Below are positions 13,501-26,000 of a stretch of 64,000 bases of DNA, piece by piece (position 1 is the stretch's first letter; each line of letters starts with the position of its first letter). A program made the translations under genes and the position numbers. This DNA comes from Trichoplax adhaerens. Its lineage: Eukaryota > Animalia > Placozoa. A model generated the notes under the pieces. The model had not been told where the DNA came from and made no database searches. It was given only the letters and a program-made list of their open reading frames with translations. The stretch covers positions 4,174,008-4,238,007 of the forward strand of contig NW_002060943.1 in the NCBI RefSeq assembly GCF_000150275.1, given 5' to 3'.

Positions 13501-16500
13501 CTACAAGATTTACCTTGGTATCGATGTAGTAATGCTTTGAGCAGCTTTTACTACGCTTATTGATGGGTTACATCCTATGGTAAGGTAGTCATGTTTTTTT
13601 TTATATACGGTATAACATCTACCTTGATATCGATGTGGCAATGGTCTGAGTAGCTTTTATCATGCTTACTGATGGGTTACATCGTATGCATGAGGTAGTT
13701 CTGTTTCTGGACAAGTTCTACCTGGACGCCATTGAGTTTTTTAAAAGCAGTTTTTGCCGACGATGACGGATGAGTTCGATCTTCGATACGAGTAGAGTAG
13801 GTTATGGCAAACTCTTTTGCGACCTTACTCCATTACTATGTTGATTGAACGAGAGATTACTCGCGTTCATGTTTTCTTCTTCTTCTTCCTGTTATAAGAG
13901 AAGAATTGAGTTGATTTCTACCCTGGGATAACTCAATGGCCAATGCTTTTTCTCTCATTTCCTTGCGATCAACAAGAGTTAGGTTACGGAAAACTCTTTG
14001 CGACTTTACTCCATTACTATGTTGGTTGAACGAGAGATTACTTGCGTTTATGTTTTCTTCTTCTTCTTCCTGTTATAAGAGAAGAATTGAGTTGATTTCT
14101 ACCCCGAGATAACTCAATGGCCAATGCTTTTCTCTCATTTCCTTGCGATCAACAAGAGTTCTTACCAGTAGAGCTACAAGAGTACAAAACTTGGAGATAA
14201 AATTTAACTGAAAACACACTGTTTCGTCGACGCCGCATTACATTGGCTTTCTCAACAGACCTATTTTCCCGGTAGTCCTTCCTAAACGTGTATTGCCCGG
14301 CGCTTCCAGTCTTGAGAATTGGGCACTCTCGATCTTGATGATACCCTGTTTAGTATCGATGGATAGCATGGAAAAGGGCGAATATTTGTAATTTCAAGTT
14401 TGGAATGGTGTGCTGTACTGTATGTAGGCAAAAATTGGACGGCTAAGCATCTACGAACAGTCCGTAGTGTACAGTAGTTTTTGGTGATGTATCCATTTCT
14501 TCATAGCGATCTAATCGAGTACAATTTCGCAAATGCTAATCCATTTTGTTTGGTCCTTTTTATGCTAGTCCCTGTTGTCCGCAAATGCTAATCCACTTTG
14601 TTTGGTCCCTGTTGTTCCCAAATGCTAATCCATTCCACAGTTATGCTGTGACTGGCACATAATGCCATTTTGAGCGGTCCTTGTTATAACTAGTCCCTGT
14701 TGTTCCCAAATGCTAATCCATTTTGTTTGGTCCTTGTTGTGCTAGTCCCTGTTGTTCCCAAATACTAATCCATTCCACAGTTATGCTGTGACTGGCACAA
14801 AATGCCATTTTGTGCCGTCCTTGTTCTACTAGTCCCTGTTGTCAACAAATGCTAAGCCATTCTTTAGTTACGTTGTGACTGGCACAAAATGCCAATTTGT
14901 TTTCGTCCCTGTTGTAAAATGATGATATTTGCATTCTACGTTAAGCTCAATGTAGTAGGTTTCGGTAATCACGCTTTGAGTGGCACAACATGCCAATTTA
15001 TTTTTGTCCCCATTGAAGGAGAATCGAGCAGGCTTCCGTAGATCTGCTTTGACTGGTAGAAAATGCCTCTTTCTCAATATCCTTTGACTAGTCGCTATTT
15101 GTGCAATGATGGAGGATACCTTGCTAGCTTTGACTGGCATAAAATGCCTTTTTGTCTTGACGAAAGGGCGCTAGCGACAAGACCGTTGCTAATTGCATTC
15201 TATCCATTGACTGGCACAAAATAGCTTTTTTTAACCTTGACGAAACAACACTAGCGACAAAACCATCGCTACCTGATTTTACACGAAAGAACGCAGCCTA
15301 GAGTTGCTTTACCGATTTTAAATGGAGTCCATTGCCCATTCATTGAAATGGAGGACAAAATGATTAACCAAACATCCCGCTTAATCAATGGGTTAATATC
15401 CCCCCGCCATGATCCGTTTCTTGACCGAGCAAAAATGGATACATAAAAAGGAATTATAAATACAGTACAATCAATAAAATGAAATAAGATTGCGGTTTAA
15501 GTTAGGGATTAGTAAAAGGAAGGGAAAGCCTCTTTGTAGTCCCTGTTGGACCCATGGGATAGCCATCGAGGGGCATTAGTTGAGAAAACTGCAGAGTAGA
15601 GTTGATGCTAGACATGGACAAGGTAGGGGGGGAAAAAAAGATAATAATTTCAAGCAACGACAGCAGTTTTGATCTAGAACTCCACCTAGTCCATTGGTAA
15701 AGTGAGGGTAAACCTATTGCATGGCTAAGTGATTGGCGACTTGTATTCTACTTGATTTGGTGGTTCATTTTGTTGCTAGAGATGCCTTTCCTTCATCCCT
15801 CTCCAACGCTATTCTATGATGGCGTTGGGGAAATAGTTAACGCTAAAGCTAACAAGACTAGAAGAAAAAACGAGCGGCGATTTTCTTCTGGTAATCCTTG
15901 GTTCAAAAATTCACATTGATGGAATTCACCTAAGCTTGTTTTACCCCCGGGGCTCTTGCTCCATCCAACGTTAACCATGAGTGAATAAAAATGTCTTTTC
16001 AATCACTTTCAAATGATTGAAGAGAAATGGCCTTTTAGAACAGAATCAACGACTACTTGATAGGTTATTCGTTCGTCCTTGACTAAAAAATGTACATTGG
16101 TGGATTTGAGCTAGGCTTGTTTTATCCCCTCTTACCCCAACGTTAACCATGAGTGAATAAAAGAAATGGTAGTTTATTACCACAATCAATTACTACTTGA
16201 TAGGTTATTCATTCATCCTTGACTACAACATGCACATTGGTGGATTTCAATTAGGCTTATTTTACCTCCTCTTACTCCGTCAACGTGAACCAATCACTTT
16301 CAAATGATTGAAAAGAAATGGTCTTTTATTACAAGAATCAATGGCTACTCATAGGTTATTCGTTCATCCTTGACTAAAAAATGTACATTGGTGGATTTGA
16401 GCTAGGCTTGTTTTATCCCCTCTTACCCCAACGTTAACCGTGAGTGAATAAAAGAAATGGTAGTTTATTACAAGAATCAATTGCTACTTGATAGGTTATT

Positions 16501-19500
16501 TTTGTACCCTATAAGCACTTCTTGAACATGTTGAGCTCGTCGTAACCCTTAACTAAAAAATCCACCACATTGGTGGCATTTCAACTAGGCTTATTTTACC
16601 CCCTCTTACTGCATCAAGGTGAACCACCAGTGAATAAAATGATTGAAAAGAAATGGTAGGACAAGAATCAATGACTACTCATAGGTTATTCGTTCAACCT
16701 GGACTAAAAAAATCCACATTTGAACTAGGCTTATTTTACCCCCTCTTACTGCATCAAGGTGAACCATGAGTGAATAAAATGATTGAAAAGAAATGGTAGG
16801 ACAAGAATCAATGACTACTCATAGGTTATTCGTTCAACCTGGACTAAAAAAATCCACATTTCAACTAGGCTTATTTTAACCCCTCTTACTGCATCAAGGT
16901 GAACCACCAATGAATAAAATGAAAAGAAATGACATTTTATGACAAGAATCAATGACTACTTAATAGGTTATTTTCTTATCCTATTAGCACTTCTTTAACA
17001 TGTTGAGCTCCTTTCTCTTTGAAGTGTGAACTAGATGAGTTTTGAATGATTGTCATCAGTCAATCAATCCATCCATTACGCTAGCATACAAAAGTCTTCT
17101 TGTTGAAGAAATTAAAATGGCCAAGTGTACAACAAAGAGGACAAAAAAGATTCAACAATGAAAAGCCAATGCTAAATTTCATCTTGACAATGTAGTCAAT
17201 CATCTCGCCTAAAAGGCAAAATACTCTTGCAATTTCCCTACCAATGTGGTGGCTGTCGATTGGAGTACAAAGTTTGTCGCGATATCCTTGATTTATTGCC
17301 CGTACAACAAGGTCCTTTCCCTCGCATGTCGCTTAGGACGGCATTTCTTCTCCTTCTTCGGTTCGAGTAGAAAGTTTGCCTTGATTGAATCAAGGATATC
17401 CAGGGGGCCATTGCCCATACAACAAGCTCCTTTCCTTAGCACGTCGCTTAGGACGGCATTTCTTCTCCTTCTTCGGAGAAAGTTTGCCTCGATATCCTTA
17501 ATTCAATCATGGCGATAACGGGGCCATTGCCCATACAACAAGCTCATTTTCCCTAGCATGTCTTTTAGGACGGCATTTCTTCTCTCCTCGTTCTTGTCAA
17601 CAAGAGGGTCCAAAAACAAAAAAAAGAGATAGACAGTACGCGTACTTGATCCTATTGCATGGAATCGAGGAGAAAAAAAAAAAAAGGTTGCCAGTCGCTT
17701 ATAAACGCGTTCTCTTCCTTTTTCCCCCCCCCCCCCATATGAAAAAAATGGCGGAGAAAAAAAATCAAAAGGACGACCAACGTATCGATGTTATCCATCG
17801 CTACTTGGTCATCCAATGAAGGAAAGAAAGCAATCCATCATCTGCTTAGCCAACTGCCGAGTCAGTAATAATCTTTTCATCATGCTAGAAAAGAGTGTTC
17901 TTAAAATATAGAGGGCAACTCGTCTTGGATCATTGGTTGCAGGCGCAAAAAGAAAAGGCTAGTCTTCGCTTTTGCCACAAAAAGATGATATGCAGTACTG
18001 TATACCTTGCAAAGTATTTTCACCGACAGCAGCATATAGGGCCCTCGATGAAACTCTTGTCGTGATGGAAACAACACCAATTGAAATTGAAATAGTTGGC
18101 CACTAACTGAACCTATTGGCGTAATGGAGTCGCAATGCTAGCACAGTCAAGACCGTAGTCATTTTGCTGGGGTTAAAGTCTACAAGATAAATCTCCTTGC
18201 TTGCAGAGTACCGTCATGGATGGATCGCATCATTGATGATTGCTGTATCTTACTGATTCAAGACAACAATTTCAATTTGTTGTCTTTCCAAAGTGAAAAC
18301 CCAGTGTAGTAAAATCGCCATTTCCCCCCTGTATTGCAAATGCTGTCCATGATGGAACAGCAAGCAATAAAAGATGAAAGTGCTTACGAAATTAAGCCAA
18401 TAAAGCATTTGAATGAAGTAGTGTTGACTAAAGTAATTTACTTTGTGTTCTCCAATTGGATAAGTACTACAGAATGGTAGAGTAGTCATCCATGAAGAGA
18501 TCATTTTGTTCTTCCTACAAGGTAAACCGCTAATGAATTGATCTCCTTTCTGATATCGATTGATGAATGGAGAATACCCGACAGCATCTCTCTCCCGTAT
18601 TTCCAACAAGTACGTCAAGAAGAACATTCAAAGAAGTAGCGAAAATGAGAGCCAAGTTTGAATGATTGCGTTATGCAAGTAGAAATGCAAAGGTTGTCAT
18701 ACAACTTGTATAGTAAAAAGAGTTGATGTTGAAAATCTTTTTCAGCATACTGTAGTGGAGTGATTCAAGGCGCAATGGACGATTTATTTTACCTCCTCCA
18801 TTCCATTGCTATGTTCAAAAGTGTTGTCCATTGATTCATCAGTTAACAATCTAGCAAACATTGCCTTTTACCAAGAGAAAACTATCATTTCTCGCCCTAT
18901 TTCCATGCTGTTATTGCAGCCTAGGGTATCTAGTTTAGCGTTTCCCTCATGGAAAAAAGGTCGACAAACTACGTATCAACGTTGTGCTTTCATCAACGAC
19001 GACTACAACAAGATTGAAGGTTTCGTCCAGTGGAGAAGATTGCTAAAACAACGTATGTAATTTGTAGTGGATGAGTGGACAAGGTCGTCAAATCACGTAT
19101 CAACGTTGTGCTTTGATGAATGGAGAATATTGTAAAACTCGCAAGTTGTGCTTGAAAGAGTAGAGAAGGTAGTCCAAGCACTTATCGAAATTGTACTTTA
19201 ATTTATCAATGGAGAATGTGGTAAAAACAACCATTTCCATTGGTGGTTGAAGAAGAGGGAAAGAGAGAGTAAAACTACGTCTGTCAGTTATGCTTGAATG
19301 AATTCACAATGTCGTCAAGCAAAGAATGCAATTGATTTATCCTACAACGAGTCTCTAATAGAGCAAAAAACCCTATTGGATTTTGCTAACAGAAAATAGC
19401 AGCAGGATGGGCAAATGATGGCTTGTCTTGTTCTTCCTTGAAAAGCTATTCTGAAGGCATGCTGCAGCCATAATGTCTGGCGTATCGAGTTGATGGTAGA

Positions 19501-21085
19501 ATGGATGTAGTTTTTAAAAAAACCACATCCATTTTACCCACAGAAAATGCCAATTACATGATCAAAGAAGCGATGGGGAATTGCATGTTAAAAGAACACA
19601 TGGGAATTGCATGTTGAAAGGACAAATGGGAATTGCATGTTGAAAGGACAAATGAGAATTGCATGTTGAAAGGACAAATGGGAATTGCATGTTGTTCTTG
19701 CTACGTCTGTGTGTATGTGATGTTAGCTTGAAGAATTTAGTGGAGAATGGAGCAAAAGCATTTTGCTTAATAGAAAATAGCCGACACGATTGGTGCTCAT
19801 TTTATACAGTATACTGCTATTGCGGCACGCTATAGTCGCCATATTGGTGGAGAGGACTTGTTGTAATTCGTTTATTGTAATGATTCTTCTTTAGGGGTTA
19901 GAATCATCATTGAAGAAGCGGGTGGTCATTATGGATTAGGTTGGAAAGCGAAAGAAATGAAGGTTGTTAACTGCCTTGGTTCTGTCGTCGATCAAGGAAG
20001 GAAAATTTTGTACATTCCATGTACAAAATGTTGCAAGTGGATGATGAATCAAAAAGGGGGGAAAAAAATAAAGGCAAGGAAAAGAAGAATAGCCTTACCT
20101 GATCCATAATTTCTTCATCTACTTCAATTTCTGGCTCTGCCCAATCGACAGCAATTTTATGCCCCCATAATTCCACGTTGTTGTTATTCATCAATTTCCT
20201 TCTAGCCATTGCAGCCGCTCGATGATTAGTATACTCTACAAAAGCAAAGCCGCGATTTTTGGTCTTGTCACTAGCCGATGGGTAAACAATGACATCGACG
20301 ACATGTTCGGTAATTTTGGCCATTTCACTGCGAATTTCTTCTCGCTTAATCGTCTTGGGTATACCACCAATAAATAAACGACAATTATCCACCGACGAGC
20401 AGACACCAATCATTCTACCTTGGCGTATTTCATAATTATTCAATTGCTTGATACACTGGCGAGCTGCACTTTTACTTTGGTAGACGACAAAAGCATAGCC
20501 ACGATTATTGCCGGAGAAATCCATCATGAGGCGAACTTCATAGATTGGGCCGATTTTTTCAAAGACTGGCACTAATTCATCTTCGAATAAATCACGAGGG
20601 ATTTTGCCAATAAATACTTCACAGCCACGAGGTGGTGGCAACTCGTTCCAATCGGGTGGTGGACCAAATCGACGTTGGCCATTGGATTGGCTGAGTGGAA
20701 AAGCAGTGCGTTGAACTAGTTCTCGTAAAGCATTTTCTTTCTTGGTGCCAACGACACTATCAGGAAGTTGAATTTGTCCATCTTGCTTGCTAGCTAACTC
20801 TTGCTTTTCCTCTCCATCGTTGTTGTCTTGCTTGTCATCATCGTCTTGATTTACACTAGTAGCTACACTAGGGTTGTTTTCCTCCTCCTCCTCCTCCTTC
20901 TTCTTCTTGTTGGTGGTTGCATTACTTTCAACGCTTGTTGTTGTCGTTGTACTAGTAGTAGCAACAACACTCGTTGTATTTTCCACTCTTGCAGCAGCAG
21001 CATCATCGCCATTGCTACTCCTAGGAGTGCTGGTGGTAGTAGCAGCGCTACAACTTTTCTGACATGGATCGGTTACTGAAGGCAT
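7515..21085 (-). CDS. A1CF: A1CF/RBM47/RBM46-family RNA-binding protein (3 RRM + RG-rich region + C-terminal dsRBD-like domain)
   Basis: Phase-compatible exons: 20099-21085 (RRM1+RRM2; [12 protein letters not shown]...[10 protein letters not shown]...[18 protein letters not shown]...AVDWAEPE), 11329-11497 (RRM3; [16 protein letters not shown]...[15 protein letters not shown]), 10774-10990 ([15 protein letters not shown]), 10457-10631 (RGRGR), 10190-10264, 9962-10060 ([18 protein letters not shown]), 9768-9885 and 7515-7723. The start is placed at ATG 21085 because an acceptor at 21120 and a donor at 21305 suggest a 5'UTR intron; the ORF-track ATG at 21187 is the alternative. The exact paralog (A1CF, RBM47 or RBM46) is uncertain. 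Confidence 0.85.
13380..13790. repeat. Degenerate ~100-110 bp tandem repeat, about 4 copies (A1CF intron 1)
   Basis: tctaccttg-like anchors recur at about 13400, 13510, 13618 and 13717, each followed by ctttacta...tgatgggtt-like blocks. Confidence 0.7.
13799..14160. repeat. Near-identical ~182 bp tandem duplication
   Basis: ggtta...aactcttt(t)gcgac...ttcttcttcttcttcc...caacaagagtt occurs at about 13799-13980 and 13981-14160. Confidence 0.9.
14528..15270. repeat. Nested tandem repeat with a ~140 bp higher-order unit
   Basis: caaatgctaatcca-like motif at about 14530, 14582, 14618, 14707, 14758 and 14846; gtgactggcac at about 14648, 14788 and 14875, with decayed copies to about 15270. Confidence 0.85.
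15965..17010. repeat. ~140 bp tandem repeat, about 7 copies
   Basis: ataggttatt at 16060, 16200, 16351, 16491, 16681, 16821 and 16963. Confidence 0.9.
17270..17590. repeat. ~116 bp tandem repeat, about 3 copies
   Basis: gtcgcttaggacggcatttc at 17328 and 17443, with a variant at 17560; gggccattgcccatacaacaagctc occurs twice. Confidence 0.85.
19575..19693. repeat. 26-bp minisatellite, about 4.5 copies
   Basis: gggaattgcatgttgaaaggacaaat repeated in tandem. Confidence 0.9.
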
Positions 21086-22100
21086 TGACGACGGTTTTGC
21101 CGAAGCTAGTCCACACACTCTATTGCTTAATAAAAACAGGATTAGCTCTCTTTCTCTCTTATTCAAGCGTAGACAACATGTCCTCATTAGGCAATCAGTT
21201 AATTATACTGCAGCATACTCATTAAAATGGATAGGAGTCAATCAATTGTTATTGCCCCCCCCCCAAAAAAAAATGATAAACTCAACCAATCTCTCTCTCG
21301 CTTACCTTTTGTTGTTGTATAGGAAAATTACGATACTCGTCGATGGTAAGATCAGCCAAAGCAATCTCTTCTCCACTAGATCACCAAGCTTGTATGCAAA
21401 AAAAGATCAAGTTAATTAATCAAGCCGAGCAATAATAAGGTTGATCAAGCGGTTAATGAAGCTTGCACAAAATGGCTACAAACAAACACGATGATCAAAT
21501 CGAGCGCTTGCTTGTCTTGGATACCGCCTAGCGATAGCAAGGATAAAACTTCTTCAACACCCTATATACTCAACCAACTTGCCTATAGCAATACTAGATC
21601 GACTAGTCCTAGTCTATTACTCTTTCCAATCGTCTAAATCGCAATGGACTAAAACTTCCAACTGCTTATTTGCCTTTCTATGCTGGAGATTGGCATACTG
21701 CGGCTTTTCTTCTTGCTCACCTTGATGGCAGTTTGAATGCGATTTGCTACTAGACGTTAAAGTGGATTTTAGCTATCTTGTGTATCAAGTAGGTGTACGT
21801 GAGACTGGCTAATGTATGAAAATGGATGGAATTACCTGAATTTGGCTTGATTGCACTCCAGTCAACAAGGGAAACATTGCCCGACTCTTAGTGTTATCCT
21901 ACTATTGTACACTATTGAAAGGAACATACTACTATCAGTGCGATTGTAGCACGGTACGGTACGGTACGGTACACTCTGCAACCTCATTTGCATAAACGGA
22001 CTCGAACGTCAACGCAGTGGACAGACACTCCATGGTATCGTTCTCTTGCTACTACGTCAGCGCATCCACTGACGCTTGTCATGCCTCATACACAAGCGTG

Positions 22101-23020
22101 TCAATCGTCTCCTAGGTCAGCGCCTCTCTCGCATGACTTTGCGATCAGTGGCTGCTTGCTTTCAGCCTTTCTTCCTTTCCTCCATCATCACTGACTGTAT
22201 GGCGAAGTTTATTTTTTTCTCTCATGGAGAAGGAAATAAACATCAATAGACCTACAGTAGAAATGGCTGAGAGAGAAGAATGTTGACTCATCTCTGCTCT
22301 ATCTTCTCTTGGACGCTCGATTGAGCTGGAGATTGCATGTCCGATCGTCTCCTTAGTCAGCGCCTCTCTCGCATGACTTTAAGATCAGCGGCTGCTTGCT
22401 TTCAGCCTTTCTTCCTTTCCTCCATCATCACTGACTGTATGGCGAAGTTTATTTTCTTCTCTCATGGAGAAGGAAATAAACATCAATAGACCTACAGTAG
22501 AACTGGCGGAGAGAGAAGAATGTTGACTCATCTCTGCTCTATCTTCTCTTGGACGCTCGATTGAGCTGGAGGATTGCATGTCCGATCGTCTCCTTAGTCA
22601 GCGCCTCTCTCGCATGACTTTAAGATCAGCGGCTGCTTGCTTTCAGCCTTTCTTCCTTTCCTCCATCATCACTGACTGTATGGCGAAGTTTATTTTCTTC
22701 TCTCATGGAGAAGGAAATAAACATCAATAGACCTACAGTAGAAATGGCGGAGAGAGAAGAACGTTGACTCATCTCTGCTCTATCTTCTCTTGGACGCTTG
22801 GTCAGCTCCTCTCTCGCATGACTTTGCGATCAGTGGCTGCTTGCTTTCAGCCTTTCTTCCTTTCCTCCATCACTGACTGTATGGCGAAGTTTATTTTCTT
22901 CTCTCATGGAGAAGGAAATAAACATCAATAGACCTACAGTAGAAATGGCGGAGAGAGATGAACATTGAGTCATCTCTGCTCTATCTTCTCTTGGACGCTC
23001 GATTGAGCTGGAGATTACAT
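22101..23020. repeat. ~240 bp tandem array, about 4 copies, each with an internal fold-back
   Basis: Units start at about 22101, 22341, 22582 and 22800 (copies 3 and 4 truncated at their junction) and are near-identical. Confidence 0.95.
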
Positions 23021-26000
23021 TGTCCAATCCCTCCCTAATAAAAAGGGATCGAGAGGGATAGAGCGAGCAATTGCTTACTTGTTATTACGCCAAGGGTTCC
23101 TCTCCATTTTCAACACTTTCACTCCACATTCAACTGGACGCCAATACATAATCCAGCAAATGCGCTGGATAATCATACTTTCTGTAGTAATTGTCTTGAT
23201 GGATAGGACAATGACAAACGGATCGACGATCATTTGTCATCAATCGCATCATTTTGCATCCATGGACGGTGGGCTACGGGACTAGCCATCAACTACTTTG
23301 TTGATAGTCAAATCGATCAACCGATGCAATTCTCCTACTACAAAGTCATTTTCTCCATTTCAGCATGGATTAAAATACTGCATCATTGTAGGCGTAGAGT
23401 ATCGTTTAGTGAGCAGGATTTTCATAAAGGGATTGTATTGGCAGTCAGGTGCTGATCATGATATGCAATTCATCATCACCAATCGACAACGGTCTACTGG
23501 CTGTAGACAACATTCTGCCATTCATAGATTACACTTTACAATAACTTCACAAGAAAAAGAAACATCTATCCTGTCTACCACTACTGTCATCATGATACAA
23601 AATGAACACAGTGATGTAGTTTTCTTGACAGTGTAAACTACAGATATCAAAGACGGGGAAAAAAATGACTAGTAAAGGGCGCACTCCAACATTTTTTTCT
23701 TTTACCTTGATGCCATCAACAATGTTAAATCAATAGCGTTAAAACTAGGTGCAATAGATACCTCGCCTAAATCTCTCCCAGGGTAGCGATCCCCTGCTAT
23801 GAAAACAATCCACGGACTGCTTAATCAATAAAATTACATTGATTGCAATTTGCATCACAGAAATATTTTTCTTAATATCAACTACTTCTGATAGCAAGGA
23901 CTATAATGACAACAGCTAAAATGCAACCCAATACACACAAGTGGATAGCCATCTCATCATGACTGTGGTATACCATTTCTTTTTTGCGGACTAGTCCGCC
24001 AATATAAAAAAAAAAATACATTAACGAATAACCGCTCTCCACAGTGGAAGTTCTACGCCCACAGTTAGAAATATCAATAGTTCTGTTTATTTTTAATTAA
24101 TCTATTCATGGAATAAAACGTAAAGAGTCCTCCATGAAATAACTTGGTTTTCGCTTGGTTATTACCCTACTGTAGAATAAAGTCTGTATGGATCAACTCT
24201 GATTCACTGTAGGATCTAGCATTGGCTTAATAGTTAGTTTGTCTTGCAAACGTTGCGGCTATATCAATCAATTATGTAATTATGAATTAGTAACAAAATA
24301 TGCAATACGTAAGGCAATGTAGCGATCGGACTCATGACCGCCCAAGCCAATAAGTGCAATAGAACTAGATAGCATGGAAAAACCAGCTTACAACTACAGT
24401 ATTGAATGAACGAGTCTTGTGGATGCTAATCGTTGCAGTCGTCCATTAGAGGCAGAAATAGCCACATCCATTCTCCGATTGGTAATCATAAAAGGCATGA
24501 TCGACTACTGTACTCCTATAACAAGCCTCGTGTTCATAAATTCAACATGATATGGTCTAGGTAAAGGATAGCAAATACTATAAATCCAATGGCGTTGTTA
24601 TTCAATTTGAATAATGAGATGAAACAATAAACAAATTTGAATACATTTCCACTAATAAATATTTTGTTAATTTTAAAATTATTATGATATTATGCAATTG
24701 TATAAACGAAATTGAGATTGGACATAATACGTGTTGGATAGACAAAAAAAAAAAGTGTTCAATTGAATACGCAGTTATTATTCAACATTTCTACACCGTC
24801 TCTTCGTAGACTACTAACGACTAGACTGCAAGTGCAAATACAAAACCTTCAACTAGGGTGTATTTTAAAATTATCCATCGCACAGTGTTGTCATGAAGCT
24901 TCGTGTGGTTGAAAATTTTCTATTGGTGATCTACGTAGTTCAAACACAACGACTGTTTTGATATCGACAAACACGCCCTATTGATCACGTTCGGTTTATT
25001 TATTCGCCTAATTAGAAAAATAATCAATTCAATCTGAGTTAAAAATGACATTAACTCGGTACCTTATTTGCTTAATGATCAACCGATAAAGCGATGCCCT
25101 TTAAAGCTAGAGATAATCTTATTCTTACTGTAGATTGGCTAAAGAGAGCTATTTTTGCAATTTACGGTACGCCATGCTGTCTCTTCCTAAATCTATAGTC
25201 TTTGACTCAAGTAATCTGTACCATGCTTTGACAGCCTATCGATGACGAATCGGTCTACGTGTTTATCTGCTATAGCAATAATTCAATTAGAATTGATGGC
25301 ATTATGACAGTGAAAATAGGATGTAAGGTTGAGTAGTATTAACAGAGCGATATAAGAGCGCTATTGGATGATTACTCTCCTAAATTACTCACTGACCAGT
25401 GTCTTCAATGAACTTCTACTGGTCACAAATCCTACATTACCCCTATTTTGATATTTTTTTTTCTATAGTTACAAATATTGCAGATAGGTTAGAAGGAATA
25501 TCTCTCTATTCTGCTGTAGCGACTGTACTTAAGTTAGTAGAAATACCATTTCTGATGAAAATAGCATACATTGCCTGAGATGCTGTAGTACTTGCACGGC
25601 TTCAATAAAATCTCATCGAGTTTGTATGAAATGGCTCATTGATTCGCGATAGCTTTTGAGTAGCAATACTTACTAACTCTTTGAAATATTTAGACACGGA
25701 CTCAGTAAGATAGCATACTGGGTTGGAAGATGCGAAAGTTGCTTGGTTCTATTTTTTACGCAACAGTTTTACCTAGCGGTAGTGGAAACCTCTTAAAGTC
25801 ATAACTTGAACTAGTGCGTTAACTATTCAAGTATAATTAATGTTTGGTATAGTGACATACTAGATAATGAATGATAGCAGCGTGTACCGTTAATTTAAAA
25901 TGGAATATTACATAGGATGAGTAGTTTAGTAATAAAATGGCTATAATTGGTAATAAAGTAGACGCGTATAACCTTGTTACTCGATATCTTCGAGGATAGC

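Noticed and set aside
20801-21079. Hydrophobic ORFs on the + strand
   Set aside because: They are antisense shadows of the low-complexity A1CF exon.
13380-23020. Hammerhead ribozyme/retrozyme in the tandem arrays
   Set aside because: No CUGANGA...GAAA core was found by eye in the units on either strand.
22385-23027. Repeated small ORFs (MFISFSMREENKLRH...)
   Set aside because: They are by-products of the 240-bp array, with stops in each unit and no recognisable domain.
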